From Octopus vulgaris (Eukaryota), in NCBI GenBank assembly GCA_951406725.2, contig OX597823.1:27900001-27964000 (forward strand): a stretch of 64,000 nucleotides of DNA. The letters run 5' to 3'. The notes under the pieces are model-generated. The model ran no database searches, was not told the DNA's origin, and worked only from the letters and a program-made list of their open reading frames with translations. This document shows positions 27,411 to 38,199 of the stretch, one piece after another. Position 1 is the stretch's first letter, and each line of letters opens with the position of its first letter. The translations under genes were made by a program, and so were the position numbers.

Positions 27411-28461
27411 CATAGGCTGATAAGCTCTTAAATCAGAAGAAGGATTTATGAAAGTCCATAGCCATAAGCATTGAGCTCTGATCTCCTCTGTGCAATGTGA
27501 GCCAAATGTTTTGTGCTTAACACATGCCATCTTAGTCCGCAACCCTGTAAGTGATGTCCTGGTTGTAATCCAGATTGGATTGACCAACAAAGGAGATGCA
27601 CTTTTATTGTGATAATAGTGATGATAAAATGTTATTAGTTGTCAGTTAGCAGTAAGGTCATTTTCATCAATAAACTACCTACAAAGCTTACTAGAGGTTG
27701 TTGACAGTTTCTTTTTTCAAGTTGACTTAAGTGTCTTAGAGATAGTATAGTAGTCAGATTATGAACAGGTAGAAGGATTTAGAAAGGGGAACCAAGATGA
27801 ATGGCATTATACTGTGCTTGAGAAGACCCATCCATCTCTGCAGAATTGAGGCTCTGTCAAGCCTTCTCCCACCATTCATCTTCTATTTTCTTTGCTCTCC
27901 CCTACACTGAACTGATGTCCTCTCTGTCCAACTCATTCCCTATCTCTAATCATTTGTCACACTCAGTGCTCTTCCTATTCTGTCTCTTATCCACGTTGTA
28001 CCTGAACCTCATATCTCTTTCTCCTCTCTTCCTTTCTTTTTTTCTTTCTTTCTCTCTCTCACTCACTTCCAGGTGAGCAAGCTTTGTATTCATCTCTTCA
28101 AGAAAACACCTGCTCCTCTCCCTCTACCATAGTTTCTTTCTCCTGTCTTTGTTCTGTTCATTTAAAGGGTCTTGTCTTGTGAGGTGAGCACTTGGCAACC
28201 TCACTGCTGCTGGTGCCACATTAAAACCACTCAGTCCACTCTGTTAGGTGGTTGGCATTAGGAAGGGCATCCAGCTGTAGAAACCATGCTGATTTTCACC
28301 TATCATGGGGGGTTTTGCAATGTAACAGCCACAATAGTCAAGGGGTTTACTGTATCCATCCACATAATTTCGAAAAGATTTGCTAAATGAATAGTTTAAT
28401 AAAGTTAACTTGTTCATTAATGAATTGATTAATAACTAATTTATATAATTTCTTCATACAG

Positions 28462-28578
28462 AAAAATGGAGACAAACTGGACCGAAGTTATTTCGCTGAT
28501 CTGTGGTACCAATACTTGATGTCTGACACATTAGAAGACAGCCCAGGGAATTATTTATTTGGCAGCTCATTCAGCTGA
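28462..28578 (+). CDS. Calexcitin/SCP-like EF-hand protein, terminal coding exon
   Basis: Acceptor tttcttcatacag, phase 0. Translates KNGDKLDRSYFADLWYQYLMSDTLEDSPGNYLFGSSFS*. The LW.EY..S......GN.LFG C-terminal motif is typical of calexcitin/SCP. Confidence 0.92.
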   Translation, partial: KNGDKLDRSYFADLWYQYLMSDTLEDSPGNYLFGSSFS

Positions 28579-28604
28579 ATTAGGGACCTGATGAGGAACC
28601 CTAT

Positions 28605-28610
28605 AATAAA
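28605..28610 (+). promoter_or_regulatory. Candidate proximal polyadenylation signal
   Basis: AATAAA 27 nt after the stop codon, with T-rich sequence downstream. The hexamer is common in AT-rich DNA. Confidence 0.35.
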
Positions 28611-28666
28611 CAGAGACAAAATCAATTAAAACTATCATTTACTTTTTATGAACACTTTTATGTTTA

Positions 28667-28700
<34 letters not shown>

Positions 28701-29176
28701 AATTCGGTAGTTTTATTTTCATTGCATGCTCACACTGTATTACTGAGATCAAATTTGTAATCCTTGACTACACACAATGTTTTGCCTTTCTGTTTTCTGT
28801 TGTACCAATTCCATATAATAAGTGTGCAGTGATTAAGTAATTCTATTTTCCCTATGTTGTGTGCATATTTGTAAATTTAAGGGATTCTGCTCATGTATTT
28901 GTCTGCACTTCTTTTTTGATTATTCTCAAGGCACCTGTTGTTAATTATTATTATCATTATCATCTTAAAGGCGGCAATCTGGCAGAATCGTTAGGATGCT
29001 GCATGAAATACTTAGTAGTATTTTGCACATCACTACATTCTGAGTTCACATTCTGCTGAGGTCGACTTCACATTTCATCCCTTCAGGGTCGATAAATTAA
29101 GTACCAGTGAAATACTGGGGTGGATCTAATCAACTAGTCCCCCTCCCTAAATTTCAGGCTTTATGCCTTTAGTAGA

Positions 29177-29212
<36 letters not shown>

Positions 29213-29759
29213 GTTATTACTATGTGAGAGAGCAGCGCATGCCATCAAATGACACTGGGGTACAAATATACAAAACCCATCGTGATTACCTGTTTCATAA
29301 GGGTACACCAAGCACATGCATCACAACCATATGTGTGTGACATTTTGATGTCATATCAAGGTAAACAGTGCATGACCTTGCAGGTGGATGCCCAGTTAGA
29401 ATTCTTCAGGCTGAATAGCTCACCCTACTCAAAAGGTCCCTGAATAAGGGTTGTTTAAAATGTTGAACAAACACCTATGTTTCTAGAGGTGAATTATCCA
29501 AACCCTCTCAATACATGACTATGATGCTCTCCCACTACTTCTGCTCGTGATCAGAGATGCACATATCGCCAGCCACCAAGGACACATGCTCAACTGGTTA
29601 TGGTCAAACAACTGACAAGCAAATCTGTGGTATTGAGCAGAATATTTGCTGTAGCCCATCTTTTATACGAAGACAAAACAATGTACATGATAACACTTCC
29701 AATCAGTTAAGATCAGAAACCATGAGAGCCACTGCTTGGTACTGCATCAGGGCATTTAT

Positions 29760-30124
29760 TATTACCTCCGCCTTAGCAAAGGTGGAGGTATTGTTTTCAG
29801 TCGTGTTTGTTTGTTTGTTTGTGGCCAAGATATCTCGAGACCCGCTAGATGGATTCAGATGAAACTTTCAAGGATGTTTGGCCTCATGACTGGCACAAAC
29901 TGATTAGATTTTGGGATCGATCAGGTATCGGACAAGAATTCTGGATTATTTTTCCTGCTTTTTACTTAATTTTTGAGAGCGGTTGGGTTCATTTTTAGTA
30001 TTCTTGTTTGTGAGTGCAATCAAATTTATTTCAGATATTCTCATTTTAAAATCATCTCCAGCTAATTGTTGTGAGGACGTTGGTGTTGCCTTGGCAGAGA
30101 TTTGTGCTCTCTGAGTGCTCTTGT
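29760..30124 (+). mobile_element. Helentron/DINE-1-like non-autonomous element (partial second copy 42650-42752)
   Basis: 5' palindrome acctccgcc..ggtggaggt, (gttt)n, 3' ggcagag..gctctctgagtgct hairpin. The 3' 100 bp recurs at 42650. Confidence 0.6.
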
Positions 30125-30156
30125 TGTTGTTATTGTTGTTGTTATGATTTGTTATG

Positions 30157-30188
<32 letters not shown>

Positions 30189-32578
30189 AGGAGTCATTTC
30201 TGTTATCAACCTCCACATTGTGGTTGCTTCTGTTCCCCAGAACTTTATACTGGGATAATGTGAGAGGTACATTATTAGCTGTTATGATTGATACTTCAAA
30301 GAAACAACACCTTTTTTCTTGGGAACAATGTCTGGCTAATTAGTCTTGATACCCTTGTCTGTGTGGACTAGTGTATTCTAATGTATAGACGCTTTGTCAT
30401 TCTCTGGAATTATTCATGGTATATGTTTTATATCATGTCTTTTCTGGTAGTATTCTTTAAAATCATGGCATAACATCTATCATTCCCAAACTACACAAGC
30501 CAAAAAGAATGTAATTGAATGTTTCTTCTCTTATCTTCACACATTCTACAGTTACTTAAGCATTCTGCCTTATGTATGCTTTTGGGAGTTTCTGATGGGA
30601 AAGCTTTGATCCTGTATCACAATCAAAACTAATTCAGTCTTGGCTTTGAGCTCTGTACATCCATCCCAGCAAGGATTTTGACTTTTCTGGTCTATCTGTA
30701 CCCTTTTCATTTATTTTTTTCTCACCTTCGGCAGTCACCTTACCATCACTTTATCATTATATTCTGCTGTGCCATTTAAGGTTAATGTTTATTTTTTTTT
30801 CACAAAAATATTGCTGATTCTTTTAACAACTGCCTTCAGTTTTGTATTTTTTTTTCCTGTTATTTTTTTTGAAAACAGAAAATGGTCTTTTTTTTTGTTT
30901 TGCTTATATATATTTTTTATCTCTTTGTATTTGTTTTCCTTTATTCTACACTAGATATTTTTGTAGTCCTACAGTAGATATTTAATAATTTTCTAGTTGC
31001 ATATGGTACTCACCTCTCTGTATTTGTGGTATCTAAATGCAGTCATTATTGTCTTTGTTTAATCTTTCTTGTTTAAAATTCGATTTAGAACTTTATAAAT
31101 ATATCTTATTATTGGGACAGCTAGAGAATTGATGTCTGTCACTTTAGTTTTTGTGTTTTTTTTAATGAACTTTCACATTTGTCCTAATGCTGTGTTGCTT
31201 TGAACAGCCTTATCCCCGCTGATTCATTTGTTGTCCTTGTTCATCTCCAGAATTCTTCTGTTCTGTTTGCTATTTGTAAGGCATTCATTTCTATTTCATT
31301 TTTACCAAGTTCTTTGAACAAAATAAAGACTTCAATTCCAACCCAAGCTTTAGGTTGGAATCAAAGAATCTTTTTAATTTCTCATATTCATAGTTTCTTT
31401 AAAATCTAGTTATGTCAAGGTGGCAAGCTGACAAAACTGTTAGCATGCCGGGCAAAATGCTTAGCAGTATTTCGTCTGTCTTTACGTTCTGAGTTCAAAT
31501 TCCACTGAGGTCAACTTTGCCTTTGATCCTTTCGGGGTCGATAAATTAAGTACCAGTTGTGTACTGGGGTCGATCTAATCGACTGGCCACTTCCCCCCAA
31601 ATTTTGGGCCTTGTGCCTAGAATAGAAAGGAAAAATAAAAATAAATTTAGTTATGTTTCATATATTTAAGTTAATTCTTTCTTTGTTATGTTATGTTTCT
31701 GCTGTATCTCTGTCATTTTCATTGCTGTTGTTTTGTTAGAACTTTGGACGTTGATAAAGTACCATTCATCACTTAAAATTTGTGTTAATAATCATCATCA
31801 TTCTCATAATAATTTTTTTTTCTTCTGTTACATATAAAAAAAACCTAAGAAACTTTTTTAAAAAAAGAAACAAAATAAAAACTATGCATGTTTTCAACCA
31901 CTTTTCACGCACACATATTTATGCAAACTTTCCATATACATAGGCATGTTCAACACACATATTTTATTAAGAGAACAATATACATATTCATAATGATAAA
32001 TAAACACGTCTGTTTATTGTATAAAGAGATCTTTCCCAAGATTTGTTGTGTGTGAGCATGTGTGAGTGTTTACCATTGAAACAATTGTTTTTGGATATTT
32101 GCTCAGTTTATTTGTGTTTAAGCAATTGCTGTTCTCTCAGGTGTTTTGTGTTTATTTTAGCCACCAAATCCAGCAGCCCAGGTATCTTGGACAGTTTGGA
32201 ACATACATAAATTAGAGATGAAAAAAAAAGAGTTCAAAAAGAACAATTCAAACATTTTGGGGGATCCAAAAAGAGAAAAAAAAATGTGTGTATACATATG
32301 TATGTATGTATGCATATATATCTGTGTATATACATATGAGTCCACTGCATCCTATAGCAGAAACAGGTGTAAACTAATGCAGTTCATAAGATAATCGTTT
32401 ATTCCTTTATCACCTCATTTCCTTATTACTGTTCTGTACTCGAGTAACGCTTCATTCTACATCAGGTTATTAGTCTTACAAAGCAATATATATATGCCTT
32501 AGCAATATATATATTGAAGAAAATCAGGTGACAAAAGAATAAATGATTTTCTTATGAACTTCATTGCTTCATATTCAA

Positions 32579-32658
32579 AGCTCTGATGAAGCTATAAAGT
32601 GTTACACAGGCACTCAATGTGAGTCCACTGCATCTTATAGCAGAAACAAGTGTAAGCT
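32579..32658 (+). ncRNA. Type I hammerhead ribozyme motif
   Basis: agct CTGATGA a gctataa...ttatagc a GAAA caagt GTA agct. Confidence 0.7.
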
Positions 32659-32787
32659 AATGCACTTCATGAGATACTTGTTTATTCCTTTGTCACCTCA
32701 TTTCCTTATTACTCTTCTGTACTCGACTAATGCTTCATTCTGAAGCAATAGTATATTGACTTCTACACCAGATTATTAGTCTCGCAA

Positions 32788-33091
32788 TTGTTGTTTGTTC
32801 CTTCTCGCCCATGCCTGGTTCATAAGGCCCAGTTTTCTGGTTTGCTTGGCATATAGGTTCCCCACCTGGATGGGACGCCGGTCCATCGCAGGTGAGCTAC
32901 AAGATGCAGTAGGAAAGAGTGAGAGAAAGTTTTGGCGAAAGAGTCAGCAGAAGTTCGCTATTACCTTCTGCCGGCGTCATGTGGAGCTTCGGTGTTTCAC
33001 TCATCAACACACACATCGCCCAGTCTGAGATTCAAACTTGCGATCCCTTGACCACGAGTCCGCTGCTCTAACCACTAGGCCATGTGCCTCC
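32788..33091 (-). mobile_element. tRNA-derived SINE, third family (related head at 57021-57200 +)
   Basis: Minus head ggaggcacatggcctagtggttagagcagcggactcgtgg...agtttgaatc (A/B boxes); (aac)n tail. Confidence 0.75.
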
Positions 33092-33278
33092 ACAGTCTTG
33101 CAATGCCTTAGTGAAATATATATATATATATATATATATATGATCACCGTGACTGACCAGGTTATCAGATGTTGCCACACATCGCTGGTCACAATGCACT
33201 TTGCATTGTTTTAGCCTTCAAATGATGCCACCCTGCTGGCTAAGTGAACAGGCCAATATATATGTATATATATATATG

Positions 33279-33310
<32 letters not shown>

Positions 33311-33583
33311 AAAAGAGGTCTGTATGATTGTGTATAGAGGGATATATATTATTCAAAGAAATTCCAACTCTGTCTGTTTTTTATGTTTTATTTATATTCT
33401 TTATAATTTTAATGTAGAATATAGAATATATAAAATAAATACTATATATATAATAAAATGAAATGAAGTATTAATTGTCTTATTGAATAGATGAAATATT
33501 GAAAATGAAATATTAAGGGACTATTATACTTTCCTGCATCATAGCAGTCTTCAAGGTCCCAGGTTGTGACAGAGGTGTTTCAA

Positions 33584-33631
<48 letters not shown>

Positions 33632-33722
33632 TTACATACACACACACACACACACATTGTTCTTATATAAGAATGGTGTTGACAGCCACTTTGAAGTTTT
33701 GGCCTGCTAAACCATCATTGGG

Positions 33723-33765
33723 CAGACTGACGATGGCTTCACTGACCGAAACTTCGAAGTCACTA
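33723..33765 (+). ncRNA. Minimal type I hammerhead motif, stem I decayed
   Basis: caga CTGACGA tggcttcactgacc GAAA cttcgaa GTC acta; palindromic acttcgaagt. Confidence 0.55.
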
Positions 33766-34749
33766 ACAACAACAGTCATGTATAAGAATGCTAAATTTGT
33801 GCTCTACAAAAATATAGAGCAACCCATCGGATTAATGTAGAATTGTCTTTGTTATAATTTAACACGAAGACTAGCATTAATACGCACACACACACACACA
33901 CACACGTTTGAACGTTGTGAAGTATAGTGAATTAACAGAATCAATAGAGCAGCATTGATAATATTTTATTCTGTGGTATTTCAGCATTGTCGGTGCCACC
34001 AAAATAAGTAGCAGCCATTTCCCTCTCGCTGTGTTTATGGCTTTTTGTCTGCGTAAAAGCAGCATTAGAAAAATATATGTTATTCTATAAATGGCGACTT
34101 CATTACTGATTAAAACAATGCATCATTCATATATAATGAATTTATTGCTCCGTAAACTGGCATTCTATATATTCTTCTTTATAACCAGTTCTAGTTATTT
34201 GTTTGCATTTTACTCTCAATACAAATGACAATATTAATTACAACAACAGCAACAACAGGAATGGCGGCTCTTTTTGTTATGCGCTTGTTATTGTGTTTGC
34301 TGATTCAGATGCTTTCATCAGTTCTGCATAAAATGATGGAAAGTTCATTTCAGGTGATTTGGCTGCTTTATTGCGCAGGCCTGCACCGAACATCCTTTGT
34401 CAAGATCTGAAAACAATGGCGACGAGTTTATCTTTTTTTTTTTTTTAAATAAAAAAATTAAACGGAAAAGTATGATGGAGATAGGTGGTATAGTAAATTA
34501 TGCACAATGCCAAAATATTGAGGGGAGGGGCAATAGACGACTCCATCGATCTTGCCTACTACTTCGATTTATCAACCCCGGAGGGCTAAAATGCTGTCCA
34601 TTGGAACATCCTTTCTTGTACGTCTTTCTCCCAGCATGCATGAAGCAACGGAAGTTGGAGGACCTTAATTTATATACACGGCCGGAGATTTTGGAGAGAT
34701 GAATAAGGGATCGAGATATAGTACCAGTCATGTGGTCATGTCGATTAAA

Positions 34750-36050
34750 TCAACCCCCAGTACACGATCTCATAGTATAAAGGTCTCTATTACTTGTCCG
34801 GTTTCCTACAAAATCGCTGACTACCATGTCCTTCAAATGCTGTGGTAGTTTTGTCTCGCCGTTTTGTCTTCTAAACCAGCTGTTGTCCATAAATTCGTTG
34901 CCCAGTTTGTTTCGCTCATTGTAACTGAGCTTCAACATGCCAGATGCATTCATCTTTAGAAAAGATTGTAACAACTTTACCAGAAGATTCTTTGCAGAAT
35001 CTTTTAGTCAAGAACAGAAATATTTGCTGACGAAGAGTCATTGTCTTGCGCTCATTGTGTCTCCAATGACCTGTTATCTATAGTGAAATGCAATAGAATG
35101 CCCCAAATCAATGGAAACGTACAACGAAGTGCAACAGAAGATACAAAGATACATACTGACATCCAGCTTGTATCGAACAAGCTTTGCAATTCTATTGGCA
35201 TACCAGGACGAGTCGTGTTCGTGGCAGTGGAGGCTTCCCATCTATTTTGGGACAATCCAGACAGATATTCTGGAACACTAGCGATTTCTCTACTCGTGAC
35301 AGAAGTATCATCATAATATTGTGTAGTATCTAAAATGTCAAAAATGTAGAATGTGAGAGAGGTTCAGTTTTCAAAATGGCCTTTGGTTTATCCACAATCA
35401 AAGCGAAAGAATCTGATTGAGACAATTACTGAGCTATTTCTTTGATTACTGATGGCATAATTGAAGAAAACCTGTTCTGAGTACTGTGGTGCATTTTGGA
35501 GCCTCTCCATTATCCGTTCCCTGAGTATGGAGTGATGTGTCGATATCAGGTCCATTATTTCTTGTACATAGCATTACTCTTGTTCACGTTCTCTTTGGGA
35601 AATCTGTTGCTGTACCGTTAATCGTAAAAGCGAGCAGTAGTCAAAATAGAGATCGACAGTGCCTTATTTCATATAAGCTTCGTTGGACATGAAATTTCAA
35701 TCGCTGGTGGAAAGCCAAAGAATGTTTTTGCTCATCAGCGTTCTTCTAATCGAGAAAGCATGTCTTGAACGCATGCTCATATACACTCTTTCATTTGAGC
35801 TGAGAATGTCGACAACATCTGATGTTCCATTTTATGTCCATAATTGTGATTCATAAAACTCTGAATTGAAACTTAGATAAATTAGACCAAATGTTAACGA
35901 AAATTTTATGAGTTGTAGTTGAGAAGTTCCATGGTTTTGACCGTTACTAATGTCTACAGAATAAGGACCCTGTATTTGTTGAATCACAGCTATTTTGGTA
36001 TCACCATTTTCTGCACTGAAGGGAGTCTTTTCAAGTGAAAAGCTTTCCGT
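34750..36050 (-). pseudogene. Decayed intronless coding relic with a probable C-terminal TIR domain
   Basis: One minus frame runs about 1 kb (36050-35052) with only six internal stops. Frameshifted downstream segments read HCHEHDSSWYANRIAKLVRYKL and QQIFLFLTKRFCKE...FSKDECIW, resembling TIR betaA-alphaA and betaC-alphaC. Recognised by eye only. Confidence 0.45.
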
Positions 36051-36500
36051 TTCTTAATCACAGTTCACTTTAGCTAATTACTATTCGATGAATGTCACGG
36101 TTCGATGACTTATTATTTCTTGCCTCATTTAAATCAGTTGAGTCAAATCCGTTGGGCCCAAAATTTCAACAAAATCTTCACATTCTGCAGAAACTTTCAC
36201 TTTGAAGAAATTTCAGTTTGAAAAACGTTCAGTATCTCTCCTTGTGGCAGCTTACCTCTTTCTAATGAAGTGTCGTTTATCCTGGATCAGTAATAGAAAA
36301 TCCAGTTTTCTTTTAACAGAAGTCTTTGTGTAAAAATTCAGAAAATATCTGTTAACACAGCTGCTTGAGATATGTACCTATCATCACTAAAATAACAAGC
36401 ATTGTTATTTCATTTCATTATTAAACAAATATTGCTTTCACAACGAAGTAATTCTGTTTTCTTATTTAAAAGTAAAAATAAAACTTTGCCAACAGTAGCA

Positions 36501-36582
36501 GTCGTCGTAGCAGAGTGGTTAAGGCGATGAACTAGAAATCAATTAAGGTCTCACTGCTTAGGTTCGAATCCGATCAGTGACG
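36501..36582 (+). pseudogene. tRNA-Ser(AGA) pseudogene
   Basis: 82 nt colinear with eukaryotic tRNA-Ser(AGA): GAGTGGTTAAGGCGATG, anticodon loop CT-AGA-AA (36534-36536), variable arm GGTCTC, GGTTCGAATCC. Acceptor, anticodon and T stems carry several mismatches. Confidence 0.85.
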
Positions 36583-36620
36583 TTCGTTATATTTTAAATG
36601 GCTGTGCCCCACACCTATAA

Positions 36621-37043
36621 TGGATCTTTTCGGTTTGAGCGGCAGTTTTCTCGTGGTGTCATATGAAATTTTCACCCATAATTATGACCCTAGTATCGAT
36701 CTATTGCATTTCAATCTGTTTTAGGGTTAGTTAGGGTTAAGAGTGGGGGGAAGGGTATCTTTTTTTTCTTCAGAAATGTAAATAAAGACAATCTGTTTCT
36801 TAAACGAGGGACATATTCATACGGCACAGAATGTTTTCAACTCAATAGACGTCATTGATTGGTTGAAAATGCAGAAATTGAAGAAAAAAACCCAACAAAT
36901 ATCTTACAAACTATAGAATTTTCTCAATAAAGCCAAGAGAAAAAGATGTTTTATAAACACATTCTACCAGTATACGAAGTTTAAATGTGTTTATTTACGT
37001 GGAAATTATTTTAAAAAACTGCTGTTCAAACCGAAAAGATCCG
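36621..37043. mobile_element. Unclassified MITE with 6-bp TSD and internal telomere-like repeats
   Basis: TIRs ggatcttttcggtttgagcggcagtttt / aaaactgctgttcaaaccgaaaagatcc; ctataa on both sides; ttagggttagttagggtt at 36721. Confidence 0.85.
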
Positions 37044-37500
37044 CTATAATTTTTAATAGCAATTATTTATCAATTCCAAACAATTGAGTCTGTTCACCCC
37101 CATCGCGAAAAAATACAATAACGAATGCCTAACGCTAACGAGTCTTCCTATTTTGTTTCGCATAATTTTACACAGGAGAGCTTCATATCACTTCCGATAC
37201 TTTTAATGCCGAATGAAAACCCTTTAAGCGGCTTCATGCGTTGCACTTATCGACAATTTCATCTGAATCCGAGATGCGAGGGGAAAAAAAAACAAAAGCA
37301 ACATAAAATCTAATTGCAAATTAAAATAAACTTTCAATAAAAATCAATTAGTGTGAAGGTAAACATTGTAGTAAAACAAATTGTATTTTTCCGTTATCGG
37401 AAATCAAGTGGCGGGAGGGAGTCACCGAGGCAGTTCTACAATCCCTTGAAACTAAAATTGAAACAGGAAATGTGTCACTATTTTAATATGACAGAACTGG

Positions 37501-37890
37501 AGGCGGCGAACTGGTAGAAACATTAGTGCGCCGGGCAAAATGCTTATCGGTGTTTCGCCTGCCGCTACGTTCTGAGTTCAAATTCTGCCGAGGTCGACTT
37601 TGCCTTTCATCCTTTCGGGGTCAATTACGCACTGGAGTCGATCTAATCGACTTAATCCGTTTTTCTGTCCTTGTTTGTCCTCTCTGTGTTTAGCCCCTTG
37701 TGGGTAGTAAAGAAATAGGTATTTCGTCTGCTGTTACGTTCCGAGTTCAAATTTCGTCGAGGTTGACTTTGCCTTTCATTTCGGGGTCGATCAAATAAGT
37801 ACCAGTTACGCACTGGTGTTGATATAATCGACTTAATCCCTTTGTCCTTGTTTGTCTCCTCTATGTTTAGCCCCTTGTGGGCAATAGGAA
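37501..37890 (+). mobile_element. SINE family A dimer, followed by an inverted monomer at 37925-38138
   Basis: Junction aagaaata|ggtatttcg at 37717/37718; flanking repeat ttaata(t/c)gacagaa(c/t)tg. Confidence 0.88.
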
Positions 37891-38199
37891 ATTAATACGA
37901 CAGAATTGATCCGGACGGTTATTTTTTTCTACTCCAGGAACAAGGCCCGAAATTTTGGGGGAGGGGGTTAGTCGATTAGATCGACCTCAGTACACAACTG
38001 GTATTCAATTCATCGACCCCGAAAGGGTAAAAGGCAAAGTCAAGATCGGCAGAATTTGAACTCAGAACGTAAAGACAGACTAAACACCGCTATGCATTTA
38101 CACCTACATGCTAACATTTCTGTAAGCTCCCAACGCCTTATAACAATTATTATTGGATTTGAAATTTGGGGATTGTGTTTTTAAATGTACTTTAGTCTT

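Noticed and set aside
36501-36582. Functional tRNA-Ser gene
   Set aside because: Acceptor, anticodon and T stems are disrupted; kept as a pseudogene.
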